A stretch of 64,000 bases of DNA from Podarcis liolepis (taxonomy: Eukaryota): assembly GCA_965112155.1 (NCBI GenBank), contig OZ218099.1. One strand, written 5' to 3'. Position 1 is the stretch's first letter. The number at the start of each line of letters is the position of its first letter. Below the pieces are notes generated by a model. That model had not been told where the DNA came from and did not search any database. It was given only the letters and a program-made list of their open reading frames with translations. Below, piece by piece: positions 1-25,500 of this stretch. Position numbers and translations under genes: made by a program.

Positions 1-760
1 TGAAGGAAAATAACTTCTGAATAGGTTACAAAAGGCTTTATGGTTGTGATTCATATAACAATCCTTGGCCATGCATAATTTTGCAATACTCTAGGTGTGC
101 TTTTGCTAGTAAAATTGAAGCCCTTGGTGGGGTAGTTTTTACTTCATTAGAGAATGCAAGCCCTTTCAATTCTTTGAAACTAAAACAGGAACTGTGTGAT
201 GACTTAGGACAGATGGGAACAAGGGTTTCTGTCTGATTTTTCTATTTTATTCTGTGAACTGTCCCAACCTATCATGTCTTTTGTAAAAAGGAAAATGAAT
301 ATAATGTTTGAGGCAGGATGTTTCCATCTTTAAGAGGTAATGTGATAATCTAGTGGAAAAGCAAGCACAAGGCTGCACAAATACCCGTTATTGATACACA
401 TATAGATTATTGATGCACAAACACATTGCTGAAAGGAGTTGTGGAGAGTTTCAACAGAGCTTGAAAAAACATCTTCCAGTGTGGAAATAGGACAGAATAT
501 TGATTCTAGGTTTGTGTGTTCATGTTTTAATCTTGCATACCTAACGGTTGTTGTATTGACACACCTTCCATTAGCACAGCCTTCATTAGCCCTCCAGCTG
601 TTTTGGACTGAAACTCCCATCCAGCTGCGACTGTGTCTGAAGGGTTTTAGTAGCACATTAAGCACCACAACAGACGGCTGTTGCATGTTTTGTTTGACTA
701 TGAAGAGAGTGCTCAGCAAAACCTGCCACCTATGAATTTATTAGTTTGAAGCTGTTGTAG

Positions 761-13467
<12,707 letters not shown>

Positions 13468-14599
13468 GAACTGGTGATTCCAAACACCCCCCCCCCTCTG
13501 GAGTCATTTTTTTGCTCACAGTATAGAAGGGGAGCGCACATACCTGCCTGTGCAGGAGCCAGATGCTTCTCGCTAAGAGATGCCATGGCATTCATTACAC
13601 TCTCCAGCCACCGTCTTCTATGCTGCCTCAATACTAAGGAAACTAAAGGAAGGTCACTATAACATGCAAAGTTTCCCACCTAATGAAAGGTGCTGTGTCC
13701 CTTTCCTGTGGCCTTTTGCAAATTTAAATTGTATGGAAACCATGTGGTGTTCCTGCCTATTATGAATAGAACGTGTGAACCTTTTTCATGCCTAGTTAGT
13801 CTTTCCAAGAAGTTAGAAAGAATGATGTGAAGATGGACATTCTCTTGCAGACTTGAGTAGCCAACTCTGAAAGAGTGCGATCACCAGGAGCCTAGCTGCT
13901 GAAGCAGATCCTCCTGAGTCTGACACAGGCCAAGGAAAGAAAGATGTTCTTCATGCTCCCTTTTTAAGAGTTCGCTATACACTGTAGAAACGCAGAATCG
14001 CAGAGAGAAACCACTTTTTCCCTGATGGCTCCAGGATTTAAAAATGTGTATTTAGTGAAAAACTAGGTTTGTAGTGAAACAGTATTTCATGAAAGTAGAT
14101 ATTTTTAGAATTTGAAATACCACAACTGTTCCTGGGTTACAAGGAAAGGCACATTGTGTTTAGTCTTCCTTTCAGTAAAACCTTTCAAGAAATGATTCTT
14201 AGAAATAAATCCAAAATAGCACAATTGGCCAGAGGAGAGCTAAAAGAAATTGACTTCCAACACCAGTTTCCACAAATGCAAGGGGGGGAAAGAACTTTTA
14301 TGTTTTGGAGATGTTGTACATCTCTCCCTAAACTGGCAAACCAGGTAATAGTTCACCAGTTGTCAGTTCTAGATTGGGACTTATACTTCCCAGAGCTAAT
14401 TTTCAATATCAGCTTTGTCCAGAAATATTTTCAGTAAAATGTTCCTGCTTGATAGAGTTGTATTCAGAATTGTCACCATTGAACTGATGGATTCCATTGT
14501 TTGACTGTACATTGGGACTATATCTACCTTCTATCCAGCTGTACTGTAGTGCCACCTGCAGGCCTGTTAATATGTTCACGGTTATTTCATTTTTTAAAA

Positions 14600-14605
14600 A
14601 ATAAA
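14600..14605 (+). terminator. Probable KDM3B polyadenylation signal (3'UTR about 1.15 kb)
   Basis: AATAAA preceded by TGTA motifs and T-rich sequence; other AATAAA hexamers also occur (e.g. 16091, 16422). Confidence 0.55.
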
Positions 14606-15524
14606 AGTCATTTACTGTAGAATCTTCTTTAAACCTACACTGAATCTGTGCAAGAGGAATTGTGGGTGGGGCTAAAGAAGTGTCTTTGCTTCTGAGCTCC
14701 CACTCCTCTCCCATAACTCCTGAGAGCTGCATTCATGCATATTTTTCAGAGGCAACTTCCAAGGTTTGCTGCACCATTTCCCTTCAGTACCTAGTAATAA
14801 TGATCTTTTTTTCAGGAGGCAGCAAAACTGCAACATGGTTTCAGCAGTGAACCAGTCAAGCAATCCCATGTGTATTTTATTTCTCTTATATGTATGATGT
14901 GGTCAAACGTGACCCATGAAACACTCTGGCATAACACAGACTCCACTCCCCAATTCAGAATAGGCTAAACCCTGTAAGAGTTACTATGGGAGAGCAAAAA
15001 TGTCATAGTTGTAGTCACTTAGAAGAAACCAAGATGTAGCAAACATTGTGTTTTTCCACTTATCTATACCACTCAAACTGGGATAAAGTCTCTGTGTGTG
15101 CTTACTCTCAGCTATTTATCTGAATTACAAAGCCCCTTCAAAATGCCTTCAGTTTTCCCTTCACCCACCTGCAAAGTGTTCCTCATCCATTTACAGCTAT
15201 ACCGTAATTTCGTTGGCAATCTCATTTGAAATCTGCCTCATGCAACCAACGTTGGATACCCAGGTTTGGGCAGCTGGAGCATACTTGGGCTCCCATACTT
15301 TTGGAGCTGCGTTGGTGCAAGGCCAGAATCAGTGCCATGACATGCAGCTCTGGTCACATCTCTCCACATTTGTTGGGTGACCGAGGGGTAAAATAGCCAC
15401 CCCCAGAGATCTATTCCCTCTCTGCATGCATACTCCCCAACAATTCTAGTTCATCAGCACTGACCATAGGACAGCAGCTGAAATTTCTCAATATATATTC
15501 CAGACTGTCAACATGGTCTCATCA

Positions 15525-15715
15525 TTAGAACATAAGAGGCCTGCTGAATCAGACCAAAGGCCTGTCTTGCCCTACATTCTGTGGCTAGCCTGGCCTATGG
15601 GAAGCCCACAAGCAGGGCATGAGCAAAACCACACACTCCGGCTCATGATCCCCAGCAGCTGGTATTCATGTCTGTGATAGCTGAAGTTAATACCGCCATC
15701 ATAACTAGCAATTGG
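15525..15715 (-). mobile_element. Old CR1 LINE 3' end
   Basis: agaacataagaggcctgctgaatcagaccaaagg... is the reverse complement of a CR1 3'UTR and tail; similar to the copy at 28085. Confidence 0.6.
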
Positions 15716-16615
15716 TTTGTCTCATTTGCCCAACATTACTGTACTGGTTATGGTGGGTGACATTAATAGTACTTCCTTTTCTGTATGCTCCAGTAATTCT
15801 CTCAGAGCAAGGGAATCTTCTTAAGCAGGAGTTGATGCCTTCCAAACTACACATTTTATCATGGCTGCCAAGCATCTAAGCCTCAGGACAAAAAATGCTA
15901 GTGGAAATCAGCAACGATTTGAATTGCAAACCCATATTTTATTTGTAGTGGTTTCAAGCTGTCCTGGATTTTAGCTTCTCTCATCTGCGCTCCAGTGACT
16001 AAGCATTAAAAATATTGCTATGTTGCACTGTATTTCATAGGATTTTTAATGGGAAATCTCAGCTACTGCTTAGATTCTGAACATTTAGGAAATAAACTTG
16101 AGTGTGTATAGTATTTGTATCCTAAGTCATGCAATTGCTACTACTAAAAACATAGCAGCAATACTAGAGGAGCATGTAACATGCCCTCTCCAAGTTGTAG
16201 AAGAAGCCAAAGCAATAAAATTAAGATCCCTGACCTCCTTAGCACTATGTTGAATTCCACCTGTTTGGGTGATAGTCAACCAAATTTTGCTGAGTAGACC
16301 TATTAAAATTAATGAATGTTGTTTTATAGTGTGTCTGAACCTTTTGCTGGAGTTGTAATATTTATTTATGAATATGTGTTTAGCCTTAACGTTATGCCCC
16401 AAGACGTTCACATGCAAAAGGAATAAAGATTGATTAACTTGAATATATGTGGCAAAATATATGGATGCGGCTTAAGAAAGCAGGTACAAATACAAGCTGG
16501 TTGCAAACTGTACAACACAAACATACCTTGGTCTAAAGAGCAAAGAAAGATCCCTATCAAAAGCTCAAAGAGAAATTAAGTGTGACATTTGTCACAGTAC
16601 CCACACTAAAGCAAA

Positions 16616-16645
16616 GGGAGGGAGGGAGGGAGGGAGGGAGGGAGG
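16616..16645. repeat. (GGGA)n microsatellite
   Basis: Direct observation. Confidence 0.9.
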
Positions 16646-18239
16646 AAGAATGGTGTCCTGAAGCAAAGCATAGTGTCATGCTGGTCCTTGAGAGAGTAGT
16701 GTGAAAAGGGGTCCATGAAAGCAAACCAGCCACTGAACATCTGGAGTTTTTTTATTATTCTGAGCCAACACTAGGCTATGGAGAGTCTTTGGGATTACTG
16801 ATTTGTCATAACACCTATATTCCATTGTTACATTATTTCCTATTAAGTTCCTGTCTGTTCCTCATTTTGTTTATTTGGTACTGAAATGATGTCCCCTTAC
16901 TGAGAAATTACTAAACTAGTTATATTTGTTTCCAGAGTCTTAAGGTTTTCTTAATGTTGTGAAACCCATTCTTTTTACAGGAGATGTTAAAGTTTACTGG
17001 TAACACCAGATTACTGTGCTGAACTTTATGTAAAGTATTAGGAGCCCAGGAACATATTTCTGGGACATATTTGAGACAGTAACTGGACCAGGGTCAAGGA
17101 AGTTCATTTAGGGGTATATTTTATATCAAGTTTATGCCAACTATTCCAACGCCATGATCTAAAAAGTTCAGACTGGCACACACCATTACAACATAACTTA
17201 GTCATGTTCATTAATTCAGTGGGTCTACTCTGAGTAAAACTTAGTTGAATAGCACCCTTTGTCCTCTTTCATTGTTCTTCCTAGATGTGCTGGCCAGCAA
17301 TTACAATTTTTTTGCTGAATAATCCATTCAGGAGGCATTAAGCAGGCCAGCCATGGGTAACTGTTAATCATTTCATCATGGGAGCACATCAAAATACTGT
17401 GGCTTTCAGTTCTCCTTTCACATCCTCATTCTTGTGCAGTGAAATGTTTTAGCCAGCCAACTGGCTGTTGAAATGCTTTGAAGGTTTCAGTGAACTCTCT
17501 TTCCCTTTTTGGCCTTTTGATAGGCACTTTCCAGCTCTTCCTTTCCTTCTTTCTTATGGCTTATTCAGCTACTGGGGAGCCAGTTAAAAGTAGTAAAGGT
17601 TTCAGTATCATTTTTTAGTACATGGCAAAACAGAGTAATAGACTAACTAAGATATATCTGACACAACCTTACATCTGAGGTTGTGGTAGAACATTTGAAA
17701 AGCGCAGACTCCAGTGCGCCTTTTCCTTTTTTACGCTTTCACCACTTATCCATTAAATATATATGCTAAAAACATTTTAAGAAGAATGGCAAGGCCACTG
17801 AGAATGCATGTACATTTTAACTTTACTTTCTTGGATGTCAGAAAATTGTAAAACAAAAGAAAACGAAATAGGGTTATCTTTTAAACTTCTGGTATCTTAT
17901 TCGTTGTAGTGCTTTGTTTATTAAGGGGGTTTAAAAAAGACCCACTAGAACAGTGGGACGTGTCTTAAATACTGGAAACGGAAGAACAAGCCAGTTTAAG
18001 ATAATTTGATTTAATTACATGATCTAACAAACTACAAGAGGTATTCAATCTCAATTCTGATGGAAACGCTGAGGGGATTGGGTGAGAAAGATGGAGTTTT
18101 GCTTGCTTTCTGGAAGGGAGCAGGGATGCAAAAAGACCTTGGGTGCCTTTGGTTTTGGAGAGAGAGCCACCTGATAAGCATGGGGTAGCTGCTGCCTGAG
18201 ACACCGACGAGAGCTGTTGGCAGAGGCCCAGACTGGTGT

Positions 18240-19570
18240 TTCCTCCGCATCCTCAGCCCGGTCCTGAACAAAACCCCAAGGATTTTAGGGATTCCCAATG
18301 GATAACGCGGCAACTCTGTCAAATCGAACAGTACCTGCAAGAGAGCCCCCCGCCCACACCAATATCCATTGTCTACTTCTATGGCGAGGGGGCCTTTCGG
18401 TTATTTCCCGGCCTTCCCCTTTAACGGTTTCGACCAATATAATAAATCCGGAGGCTCTTCTTGCGCACGAATATCTGAAAGACGCAACTGGCTGGCTGAG
18501 GCTTGAGGCTGCCTATTCCAGGGTTGAGTTGCGGCGTCGGAAACAGGCTTGCCCACCTGAACCCCGTTTCCCCGAGAGTAAGCCGTACTGAACTCAACAG
18601 GACTTACTTCTGAGGAGGCGTGGCAAGGACTGCGCTGCGAGCCCTCTAAAGCGCTGGTCCACAGACGAGCGCTATTGCGGGGCTGGCTCTGCCCTCTAGG
18701 GCGGGGAGCGTGTCGCTTGACGCGAGGCCTGGCGGAGGCGCCGGACCTGCTGCTCTGCCACAGAGAGATGACGCGAAGGCCCAGCAGCAGCAGCAGCAGC
18801 AGCAACCGCCGCACTGACGCCGAACCCACCGCCACGCGCGCGCTGCTCTTTTTCCCTCCGACAGGCGCCGCTGGCTCCTCCCCTTTAAGGAGCCGGGGCG
18901 GGGCCGCGCTTGCTGCAGGAACCTGCCCTTTAACAGCGCTCTCTCCTTTCCTCGCTGGTGCCGCTGCCTAAAGCCAGCTCGCCAGTCCTCGCCGGCCCCC
19001 GGAGGAGCCTCGGCCTCGCCATGGTGTCCTGGATCATCTCCCGGCTGGTGGTGTAAGCGCGCGGCGGCGGCGGGAGGAGGGGGACGACGGCGACGGGGAG
19101 GCCCTCCTCGCCCGTTGCTAGGCAACGGGAAGAAGATGGGGACGGGGGTCGTCTGGACGGGCGGCTCTCCCGAATCCCACCCCGCCCGGTGGTGCCCGCT
19201 GCGCCCAGCCCTTTTCTCGGCTCCTCCGCTCCTCTGCCTCTCGGGGGCTCCTGAGGCGGACGCCCACCCCCCCCCGCCCCTGCTGCCACCCCGCCCAGCT
19301 TAGCCCTGACCCTGACAGGTGACAAGAGCGAGCCCAGGGGCGTCGCCTGGACACCGCGGTCCTCCCCCCCCCCGCTTATTAAGCTGCTGTCCGTTTAACG
19401 GCCTCTGGGCGCCACCACCTGAGGGCTGCAGGTAGGGCGCCCAGCGCCTCTGACGCTCTGCCAGCCTTGCAGCCGCTGCGCTAGGCCTTGCTCTGCGCTG
19501 GCAGCGGAAGGGGGAAAGAGGGTGGATGGGCGGGCTAGCAGGGACCGGGGCTTCTCCGGCCTGGAGCCGA
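18240..19570 (+). promoter_or_regulatory. CpG island and promoter of REEP2
   Basis: GC- and CpG-rich block spanning exon 1; CCAAT boxes near 18359 and 18434, GC boxes (ggggcgggg near 18895), TGACG half-CREs, (CAG)n at 18782-18802; strong Kozak ctcgccATGG. Confidence 0.85.
19021..19052 (+). CDS. REEP2: REEP2 exon 1 coding part
   Basis: ATG at 19021; GT/gtaagc donor; 32 nt. Confidence 0.93.
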
Positions 19571-22500
19571 CTCTAAGCTGATTGAATAATCTCATGAGGT
19601 TTTTCTTCTTCCTTTCTCTTTTCTGTTTAAATAATAATAACAACCTCTTGTTCCAGGCTGGTTTTCGGCACCTTGTACCCAGCATACTCCTCTTACAAAG
19701 CTGTGAAGACGAAAAATGTGAAGGAATATGTAAGTGTGAGGCAATTAACCATAAGCTTGGTTTAACATCAACCCTTACTGTAGTTTGTCTCCTAGTGGTG
19801 TGAAGATACTAGCGACATAGCTTGTTCAAGCAGGAAATTGGAATTGTACTGCAAAACGATGCTACAGTCCATGTCACCCATGTTACACAACACTGAATAG
19901 TTCATCTGACCATTTTCTGCCTTATTTGAGTAAATAATGGTGGAATAGAGCTGAAATACCTATTCTGCTCAGTTTCGGTTTTAAAATTACATTATAGACC
20001 CATTTAAGCACCAAGTGACAGAAACTTCAAATGTGAAAATTCCTGAGGTGTCTTCACAATTGACTTTTTTTTAGCACCTACAAATCCATGATGTCACTTC
20101 ACCACAGCTCCAACTAATTTGCATTACCTCTTTGCTTTTTTCTGCAGTAAAGGTTACAGCTATTGCAGCCCACTTGCCTAGTCTGTAGCATGTGCTTCAT
20201 AAATGGCAAAATCCACTTTCTGCATGGCTTTTAGTCAATTTAAACCAGATGGTTGCACATTTTTGAACATTAAAAACTATGCTTCTATCACTTGCGTGTT
20301 TGCACAAAGTGTGAAAAGTGTCGTTTTCGTGTCATTTGTGAAAATGCAAGTGTTTCTTTTTGTTGCCACTTTCTATTTGCTGCAGTTTCCCTGACATTGC
20401 TATCTAGAATACTGTGGCATTTTCAAGAGTAATACTAAGAATTCTTCTTAGTATGGGATGTGCTTCTTCTGAAAGTTATTGTAAAATTGAAAGCAGCAAA
20501 GAGGCATTTTTAATCCAGAATGGATTATTTGTTTTTAAAATGTAGGCCCATCCTTTTAAAATGTGGGACCAAAGACCATCCTTACCCATTACTTGTGAAA
20601 ATCCTGGCATAATTAATTTAGGATACAGTGCAGCTCAAGCAAAAGGATGTACGTATGTATAGTTGCTAAATGGGCAGGATATACCGTATATAGTTGAAAA
20701 GAATTCGAGAGGGAGTTAATTTAGTCCAAGGGGCAATGCTGCTTCATTTACTTATTTACCACATTTTGTTGCTCTGTGATTCAATTATGAAATGAATAAA
20801 ATTTCTTTTTTAACTTCTATGACTTTATCACAAAAGTTCAGTTGTGGGGAAATTAACATATTGACTGCATTTGAAAATGCATACTAGGAATGCTTCTGAA
20901 GCAGTTTAAGTAAGAAAACCCCTCTTTGGTTTGTGTTCCAGGTTTGCAGAATATTTGAGTTAGATGGCTTTTTAAAGCATTAGACAAATTCCTGAAGGAA
21001 AATGAATCAGTGGCTATTAGCAAATGTACAGTGGTGGGGACCAAGCAGTCTTCAGCCCCCCAGTTTTTCAAGAAGGGGGCTGGGCTCCCTCCAAATCCAG
21101 TAGCCTGCTCTGCTGCATCTACCCCACCTATGTCGTGAAACCCTGCTGATGTCATGCGGGGATGAGGAGGCTGAGCGGGGAGCCTGGTGGCCCCACTCTG
21201 CCGCCTCCTCCCTGACCAACCTTGTGCAGGGAGAAGGAGGCCAACCACGTTCCCCATTCCCCGCCCGGCACACAAGCGACGGCATCACAGCAGGCGGGAC
21301 ACGTCACATGCCATGTAACATGATGCCTCACGAGATGCACCTCCGCCATGTGGGGGGCAAGTGAGTGTCCTTGGCTGTTAGCCATGATAACTAAATGTAA
21401 CATTCATGTGTGTGAATATCAGTTGCTTGGAATCAAATGACATGGAAGGACTATTACCTTCATGTGCTGTTTGTTGGCTTTCCAGTAGCACCTGGCAGAA
21501 CATTGTTAGAAATGGGGTACTAGACTAGAATGGAGACTGTCGGATCCAGCAACTTATGTTTGCTCCACCACTTTGGCAAAAAAGGGAGGTTTAACATAAG
21601 CTTTCTGTTTCAGAGATCCATGGTGAGATTCTTCAGCAGAGATCTCACTATTGATTGTTTTAATGTAGCAGATATTACAGAATCCCATAGTGAGCATAAC
21701 AAATAGGCTTTGTAACCTTTCTCTACTTCTTACAGCCCCTTGCCTGCCTGCCTCCAAGGAGTGTGCCGTGCGAACGCCGGCCAAACAGTCATTCAGCAAG
21801 AGGGCCCAGGACATGGCAGCAAGGCTAGCCTGGGCTCTGGGGCCCAGAAACCCCAGCAGGGCTTTTATTAGTCAGGGAGGGCAAAAGTTGAACATACATG
21901 TAGTAGGTCTCACTCCTCCAAGAACTCTTCCCACATCTATGGATTGCAGATGTATCCAAAATAACGAGGTGTGAAATGTACATCTGGCTCTGCCCTAACT
22001 GTGATACCCAATTTGGAATGGATGTGAGTAGTTTTTTTCTGTGAAGTGTTCAGTGAACGGGTCATAGTGAAGTAGTTGAGTGGTCCTCCCCCACCTTTAA
22101 GGCCAAACATTGATCACTAGAAGAGTTTCATTGGACAACTGAGTAGATTCAATGGTGGCAGAAAAGTCAGACTTATTTGCTGCCATCACCACCAGGGTGA
22201 TGAAAGTGAGCTCTAGCCTGTGTGATCACATTTGTCATGAGTCTCCCGCTATTGTCATTCCAGTTGTTGCCCATGTTGTTTCATTGCCTTAAGTTTCCCA
22301 GACCCATTAGGGAGAAAATTTGGCTCTCTGCTGCGTTCCATGATTCATGCACAGTGATGACCTGCAAATACAAGTTCAGGGATTCGAACAGCCTTGGTCC
22401 CAAATAAATAATTTTTGTTGTAACTATTATTATAAGTTGGCAGCCCTTCCCCAACCGCTACTAAATCCCAGTCTCCCTTGCTCACCCCTGTTCAAGGTTG

Positions 22501-25500
22501 CATGGTCAGTTATTGAGGGGCTACACGGAGAGCAAAGAATCTTGACCATTGTCCTGCATGAGTTGTATGTACCCTAAAATACCTCATCACTTCTGTGTAG
22601 CTGTGCACTGAAAGGCAAATTTGTTAACAGCAAGCAAGCTGTTTTTTTACTTTGTCTGCCATTACTGATCATTTTGTTGAGGAACCCCTGATAATATGAG
22701 GAATGCTGAGGAACACAATTTGAAGGAAAGTACTTTAAAATAGCAGCTATACTTGGATTTGATGTCTCTGGCATTAGTTGGTATTAGCTGAAAATACATG
22801 TTAGTGTCAGTGGGAAAAGGCTGTTTGGATATCCTCAAGCTTTAGTAAGAATAATGCAAGAGCATCAAAAAATATTTTTCAAAAGATTAGTAATAGGGAT
22901 GCCAAATGTCTGGGCTTTCCTGGACACATCTGAGAATTGCTCAGAAAAATGGCATCCAGGCATATTTTTGCTGAATCGGCAAAATTCAGCAAAATTCAGG
23001 GAAAACCTGGACGTATGGTAAATTTGGGCTGTTTTTATTTTTTTTAATGTTCCTAAAAAAGGCTCAAAAACTCCGTCTGGATTTTCACTTTGGGGAATAT
23101 GGCATGGGCAACCCTAATTAATCAAGGGTAGACGGTATGAAATCTAAAAAGAAATATTGTTCACAACCATAATACAGAGTGAAGTGGCTAAAAATGGACA
23201 CTTTCAAATTTCATCGTAGTATAGACCTGCGAGTCACCCAGGTATTTGGAAGGAATTGCAAGTTCAAAGTTACTGTTTAAGAACAAGCTGCTTTTCAGGA
23301 GCCAATTTCAGTGGCAATATTTTTTTACATAATGCCTTGTAGTTAAGGAACAGCAGGGGGAGCTAGCTTCTCTTTCTAGCGTGGAACAGGCTCGTTAAAT
23401 TGTTCAGACAAAGATGAGGGCATAATCTTGGCTGCCAAAATATTCGTACTAGTATTAAACGTTACTGTAGCAAAATTGACATGCTGTGATAAAGGTCAAC
23501 TCCTCCTTTTTGGTGTGGGGATACATTGCATTGTTTATACTATTATCCTGGTAATCTGCTTTGATATTGGTAGTCCATCTTATAATTAGGTTGTTCTGGT
23601 CACCCCCAACTTTTTTTTGCTGAGAATTGTTGATTTGTGGGTAGCAACATTATTTACTCATGAAATGTATCTCTCAGTTTCCTGTGCTGTCTCTCATCCT
23701 GGAAATGGTTAAGACTTCCTAGTGAAGATCAGCGCAACCAAAGCAGGAGAACAAGGGATAGGAAAATCAGACATGAAAGACTGCCCCAGGTCACACATTG
23801 TGGTAAACTATAGTTAATAATTTACCATGAACATGCCAAGCAGGACTATTTTGCTCCTGCTGGCACACGTTTGGAGGAAACAAACCATTATATTTAGATG
23901 AGTGTTTAATCATGGTTTGTTCTATTCTATTAAACCATGATCAGTAAGCCATGAATAAACCTTAGTTACAAACTGTGGCTTGTTGGAGTTAAACAAAGCA
24001 CAATGTATGGTTCAGACACAATGGAAAGCTAGGAGCTGTTGTTTGTTTGTTTCTTGCTTGCATGAGTCAAGAAGAGTGAAGTAGGAGTAATACAATTCTG
24101 CATGATAAGCCATCACCATGATGTGCAAACAAGGTCTCTATTCTCAAGCACCAGTTGTAAATAGGATGTGCAAGGTTTTAATTCCTTTGTGAAGTTAGCA
24201 CAATCTGGTAAAGAGGGATGGTTGTTCAGAATCTGTTACAACTGCCCAGGTTCCTTGATGGTGTCAGTGCAGATGTTAGAGGAGAAATGTGCATTACACT
24301 GTGAACAGGACTGTTGTACTATGTATATCTTAGATCTGCACAAATTGTTCACAAAAGTGCAAAAGTTCCAGGTCATTTGAATTGACAAAAAGGCTGTACA
24401 CATGGCCAAGTAATGATAAGACGTAAGTGTGGTGAAAAGCTATAGGTGTCTGAAAATTATTGGCAGGCGAACCTTAAAGCAGAATTTCTGTTTTTGGAAC
24501 TTTCCTTGATGTCTCTGCTACTAGACACTGTTGAAGAGAGAGACCAACTGTTTGAAACCCAGAATTGCTGACATTTGGACATGGGTATAATTATAATGAA
24601 CTGCTTCAAAATTACAAGATTTGGCATCAGTCAGGAATTTGTTTTAAGTAGGTTGCAGCTTTCAAATGATATGTAATGGTGCTGGCTGTCTTGCAGGTCA
24701 AATGGATGATGTATTGGATTGTGTTTGCTTTCTTCACCACAGCAGAGACACTCACAGACATCATTCTCTCTTGGTAAGTACCCTGCCACACTTAGGAAGT
24801 AAGCGGGGGGACTACTGGATACTTCAATTCTTTTTCAGTTATCCATCTAGAATTGGTTGCTGTGAGGCAATTTGGTAAGGTATTCAGCTTCCCTGTAGTT
24901 ATCCTGTACTTGAGAAAAACAAACATGGTGTTGTTCAGGTTTATTATTTGAATGTTCTGTAGTAAACCATATACACAATGAGTGAAAGTTGTGGTTGTGT
25001 TGTTGGCAAAAATGTGTAGTTGTTCTGTTTGTCCTCCCAACCTAGAAAAAAAAGATATAGGGTCTTCTAGAGCAGGGGTCGGCAACCTAAGGCCCATGGG
25101 CTGGTAGCAGCCCACGAGGCTTGTCTAACCAGCCCATGGCGACCCCTACCGCCCTCCACCTTACCAGCGTGGTGCGGCGCAGGGACCGACTTCTGGGTTG
25201 ATGGCGCATGCGCACGGGTGCTCCTCTGGCCTGGATGTGCACCGGAAATAGCGTGTGCGCACTCGTGTGGGATGAAGAAGCCCCTGTGTGCATGCACACA
25301 CACTATTTCCGGTGCACTTCCGTGTCGGGAGAGCACCGGAAATAGCGTGTGTGTGCACAGGCAACTCCTCTGACCCGGAAGAGCGTGCGTGCGCACATGC
25401 TCCCGCCCATCCTCCGATTAAGGTTGCCAACCTCTGTTCTAGAGAGCAAAAAGTGAATGAAGAATGGGATTCTAGTTTTACGAATCTGATTTGTGGAGTG

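Noticed and set aside
18648-18672. Possible REST/NRSE site in the REEP2 promoter
   Set aside because: Only a partial half-site resemblance; it does not fit the 21-bp consensus.
18298-19685. Many overlapping Arg/Gly/Pro-rich ORFs
   Set aside because: Expected from stop-codon scarcity in a CpG island; only the REEP2 exons have splice and homology support.
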